Positions 23,376 to 26,022 of a stretch of DNA of 26,022 nucleotides are shown here, piece by piece. Source of the DNA: a virus (taxonomy: Duplodnaviria > Caudoviricetes); the IMG/VR virus record IMGVR_UViG_3300020045_000512, positions 1 through 26,022 of that record; one strand, given 5' to 3'. Numbering within the stretch: the first letter of the stretch is position 1; each line of letters opens with the position of its first letter. The notes beneath the pieces are model-generated. The model was not told the DNA's origin. It did no database searches and worked only from the letters and a program-made list of their open reading frames with translations. The position numbers and the translations under genes were made by a program.

Positions 23376-23662
23376 TGATGCGCTGGATAACAACCTTTCT
23401 TGTCAATGGAATGCAAGGGGTTATCCAAGAGGAATACGTCTATATCGTGGACGCTGTGCAAACGACAAGTGACGACCCAAAGAAATTCTGGTTATACCAA
23501 TCCCCCGACATACCCAATATAATTATTCTACACCCTAGACGTTACGCCTGTGATGATAAAGTCACAGAGATACTGCAAAAGCATTGGGCGGAGAGTAACG
23601 TATTTGTCACAGTCAAGAAAATAGCTTCAACCGCAGTCGAGGTGAATAATGCCAGTAAATGA
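23372..23662 (+). CDS. Hypothetical protein
   Basis: ATGA overlap with the o-spanin stop. 96-aa ORF with no recognised motif. Confidence 0.55.
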   Translation: MMMRWITTFLVNGMQGVIQEEYVYIVDAVQTTSDDPKKFWLYQSPDIPNIIILHPRRYACDDKVTEILQKHWAESNVFVTVKKIASTAVEVNNASK

Positions 23663-23801
23663 TAATTGGGACGCTATAGAAGAATGTGACTATTGCAAGC
23701 ACACCCAGTTTGTTCTTGTGAATGATTATCAATTAAAAGAAACCAAGATACTATGCGCTCGATGTGGGGTTGAACACTTGGTTATGGACGTTGTGGCTTA
23801 A
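23649..23801 (+). CDS. Small Zn-ribbon protein (50 aa, not in ORF track)
   Basis: MPVNDNWDAIEECDYCKHTQFVLVNDYQLKETKILCARCGVEHLVMDVVA*. Two CxxC motifs and RBS gaggtg. Confidence 0.6.
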   Translation: MPVNDNWDAIEECDYCKHTQFVLVNDYQLKETKILCARCGVEHLVMDVVA

Positions 23802-24538
23802 CAGTAAGAATTACAATCCGCGCATCTATACCGCTTAATCTGTTTTGTTTTGGTAAATCTACTTCCAGCTTGTTTTACATTAGCAGAGTTGCATTTATGA
23901 CACGTTTTGATTGTTTTACCCTCAATGTCTTTAATTGGGGAATAAACTGAAACATTGGGGTGTGTCTTCATCCATGAAAGTAATTTAAAATATAGCTGTT
24001 CGGTAACAATAACGTCTTTTTTATTATATTCCCTCATAACCGCAAGCTCTTGCGAATCTCCGTTTAGTATCTTATTCCAATCTGGGGCTTCGTCTTTTGA
24101 TGATATGCCAAGGGTATTAGCTAGATATGATAATTTGTTGGATGTAAATTTAAAGGATTTTCTAGCTTCTTTTAACGTGTCAATTTGTTGCTTTTGAGGT
24201 ATCGGAGGCAAACCGTGAAATATTGCCCTAGCGTTAAACTTCTTTAAGTCAAAGGCATCTGAATTATGACCGATTAGAATATCCGCACCCATAAGAACGC
24301 TATGCACGATTTTAACGACTTCTAGGTCATTGGTTGGGTTTTTAGATGATACGCTAACACAACTTACTTTATCGTGCCCTATGAGCTTCCAAGCAGCTCC
24401 TAGAATGTTCCAATCTCTGACTATTTCGTTTGGATTAAATCGTTTGGTGTTTACCGTCAAATCATACTGGCGGTGAAGAATATCAATAGAGCTGGTTTCA
24501 ATGTCCCAAACGAGCATTCTGGCGGTGTGATTTAGCAT
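23798..24538 (-). CDS. DEDD/RNase H-like 3'-5' exonuclease with C-terminal Zn ribbon
   Basis: ExoI WDIETS, ExoII GHNSDAFD, IDTL..AR, SNKL.YL and ExoIII YNKKDV. C-terminal CHKC...RYRCADC. Confidence 0.9.
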   Translation of the reverse strand: MLNHTARMLVWDIETSSIDILHRQYDLTVNTKRFNPNEIVRDWNILGAAWKLIGHDKVSCVSVSSKNPTNDLEVVKIVHSVLMGADILIGHNSDAFDLKKFNARAIFHGLPPIPQKQQIDTLKEARKSFKFTSNKLSYLANTLGISSKDEAPDWNKILNGDSQELAVMREYNKKDVIVTEQLYFKLLSWMKTHPNVSVYSPIKDIEGKTIKTCHKCNSANVKQAGSRFTKTKQIKRYRCADCNSYC

Positions 24539-24557
24539 TTATCCCCCGATTAAACGC

Positions 24558-24586
24558 ATCGTATCACAAGTTGCGATGGTTATCAA
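24558..24586 (-). promoter_or_regulatory. Putative sigma70 promoter for the exonuclease gene
   Basis: Minus strand TTGATA(24586-24581)-N17-TACGAT(24563-24558), followed by a gggggat RBS and the ATG at 24538. Confidence 0.65.
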
Positions 24587-24615
24587 AGAAAAACCCCCGC
24601 CATTTCTGACGGGGG
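24585..24615 (-). terminator. Intrinsic terminator with GAAA tetraloop
   Basis: Minus strand cccccgtca-gaaa-tggcggggg-tttttcttt. Confidence 0.85.
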
Positions 24616-24709
24616 TTATATCTGGGGGGATATAAGTTTAGTGTAACTGGAAAAAGTTACTTATTGCTTAAAGCGCAATAATTAAATTCTTGCCTGTACG
24701 TCACCCATA

Positions 24710-24835
24710 CTATTTCTTTGTGGTAATTATCGCCCATGCCTTGTCACTGGTTTCAGCTTGTGCTTGCGGTTGATTGTCTTGGTACGCTGTCCAAGTGTCA
24801 GTTTGTTTATCATAGCTTAATTTTGAAAGTTCCAT
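24710..24835 (-). CDS. Small hypothetical protein (41 aa, not in ORF track)
   Basis: MELSKLSYDKQTDTWTAYQDNQPQAQAETSDKAWAIITTKK*. TAATG coupling to the upstream gene. Confidence 0.5.
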   Translation of the reverse strand: MELSKLSYDKQTDTWTAYQDNQPQAQAETSDKAWAIITTKK

Positions 24836-25101
24836 TATTTCAATCCCTTTGTTAGCCAATCAGAATACACGCCTGACTTAAGAATGTCATCTTTTTCTTG
24901 TTTCTTCCAAGGGCTTCTCAACAAGTATGTTAATTGTGTGCCTTTCAAGTAACCCTTAAACTCCTCTGGTGTGAGAAAAGCCTTTAGAACATCAATAACT
25001 TCAATCCCATTTCGATTATAATGGCTTGGGTTTTTGATTATATCGTTGCTTTCTCCTAATGGGTTAAAAGCAATTCCGTCTGGTTCGTCTTCTGGTATCA
25101 T
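24835..25101 (-). CDS. DUF3310 (SaV / T7 gp1.7-like) protein
   Basis: Motif NPSHYN..GIEVID......EFKGYLKG...YL.R...K...DI.K...Y. Confidence 0.85.
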   Translation of the reverse strand: MIPEDEPDGIAFNPLGESNDIIKNPSHYNRNGIEVIDVLKAFLTPEEFKGYLKGTQLTYLLRSPWKKQEKDDILKSGVYSDWLTKGLK

Positions 25102-25283
25102 TATTTACTCCCTGTTTTTAATACTTCAATCTTGCCATTATTGGGAAATAGATACCCATAAAACTTGCTTGCGTCTTTAATTATTTTATCAGCCTTTGCG
25201 CCCTTTTTATTGAGGTTAATTGCGCTATCAATTGTCCATTGTCTGATATTATAATCACAGTGTTCTTGCGGTTTATCCATCAT
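25101..25283 (-). CDS. Hypothetical protein
   Basis: Coupled to both neighbours through overlapping start and stop codons. Confidence 0.6.
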   Translation of the reverse strand: MMDKPQEHCDYNIRQWTIDSAINLNKKGAKADKIIKDASKFYGYLFPNNGKIEVLKTGSK

Positions 25284-25723
25284 CTCACTCTCTTTCCGTT
25301 ATCTCTGTGACAAACTAAACTATGTGTTAAACAATATGAGCCTATGACCGATACACACCCGCAATATTTCCCATTCTCAAACGGAAAGCGGCACATGTCA
25401 TTTTTCAAGTCAAGAATATCAACCGTTCCAACGCCGTGTTTATTCCAGTCCTCAAGTTTATAACTTTCTTTTGATTTCAGCAATATATTTGCAGAAGTTT
25501 TGGCTTTTTTATTTACCAACACTTCTGCGCGTTTTGGTATTGTTCCGTTCTTTGTCATTCGATACACGCGACCAGTTACAGCTTTGCGGGTTTGAATATA
25601 ATCTTCACCCATAGCACTAATGATTCTAGCTATCTTTTCATATTTCATTCCAGTAGGTAGTAACTCAATTACTTTTGCGTCAATCTCTGCTGAAATAGCT
25701 TTCATTTCTTCTCTGGTTTTCAT
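25280..25723 (-). CDS. gcrA: GcrA-like transcriptional regulator
   Basis: HTH-like IARII...TRKAVTGRVYRM (compare SRNAVIGKVHRL). C-terminal ILDLKNDMCRFP...YCG.....SYCLTH is the GcrA signature. The start was taken at ATG 25723. Confidence 0.8.
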   Translation of the reverse strand: MKTREEMKAISAEIDAKVIELLPTGMKYEKIARIISAMGEDYIQTRKAVTGRVYRMTKNGTIPKRAEVLVNKKAKTSANILLKSKESYKLEDWNKHGVGTVDILDLKNDMCRFPFENGKYCGCVSVIGSYCLTHSLVCHRDNGKRVR

Positions 25724-25724
25724 G

Positions 25725-26015
25725 TTATCTTCCATCCAAATATGCAAAGTTATCTCTATAATTTCTAACAGTAGAGCGGTCTTTGTTTAACGCATAAGCA
25801 ACTGCGGCAAGAGATAGGTTTGTTTTCATCAAGTGTCTGGCAATTCTCGCCCTACGCTCAACCATTTCCATCAATCTATCCCTGCCGATTATTTCCTTGT
25901 AATTGTATTTATACTTCTTGCAGTAATCATTAAGCATTTTCACGGCAATCATTCTATGCTCGGTTGGTGTGGTGTAGGTGTTGCCTTCATATTTAACCTC
26001 AATATAGCTTTTCAT
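25725..26015 (-). CDS. DnaA C-terminal-like helix-turn-helix DNA-binding protein
   Basis: EIIGRDR...V..R..IA..L...LSLAAVAYALNKDRSTV resembles DnaA domain IV (SL..IG..F.RDHTTV). Confidence 0.75.
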   Translation of the reverse strand: MKSYIEVKYEGNTYTTPTEHRMIAVKMLNDYCKKYKYNYKEIIGRDRLMEMVERRARIARHLMKTNLSLAAVAYALNKDRSTVRNYRDNFAYLDGR

Positions 26016-26022
26016 TTTATCT

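Noticed and set aside
1-26022. CRISPR array, tRNA/rRNA genes, integrase/att site, IS elements, alternative genetic code
   Set aside because: None seen. Intergenic space is minimal and genes read through normally with the standard code. Temperate versus lytic lifestyle cannot be determined from this window.

Overview
The window is about 26 kb of a tailed (siphovirus-type, HK97-fold) phage genome, probably infecting Alphaproteobacteria given a GcrA-like and a DnaA-C-like gene. The + strand carries the late operon in order: 5'-truncated terminase large subunit, portal, ClpP-type prohead protease, major capsid, head-tail proteins, tail tube, frameshifted tail chaperones, tape measure, tail tip, Mtd_N/Gly-rich fibre, and a split lysis module (amidase, holin-like gene, Rz/Rz1-like spanins). 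The - strand carries an AT-rich HNH endonuclease between terL and portal, and a block of early-type genes at the right end. The most notable feature is a translationally coupled five-gene glycan-modification cassette (Maf/CST-like, KpsS-like, FkbM methyltransferase, GT9, GT8/CDI-like) inserted between the head-tail connector and head-closure genes. Several virion proteins also carry short Ser-Pro loop motifs, so together these suggest a candidate virion O-glycosylation system. Other observations: a relic second terminase C-terminus beyond the HNH gene, a 929-aa LamG/SGNH-esterase protein inside the lysis cassette, a candidate antisense sRNA next to the holin-like gene, and a 60-bp inverted copy at the window start that is probably a chimera. 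All family assignments come from motifs recognised by eye; no database search was run.
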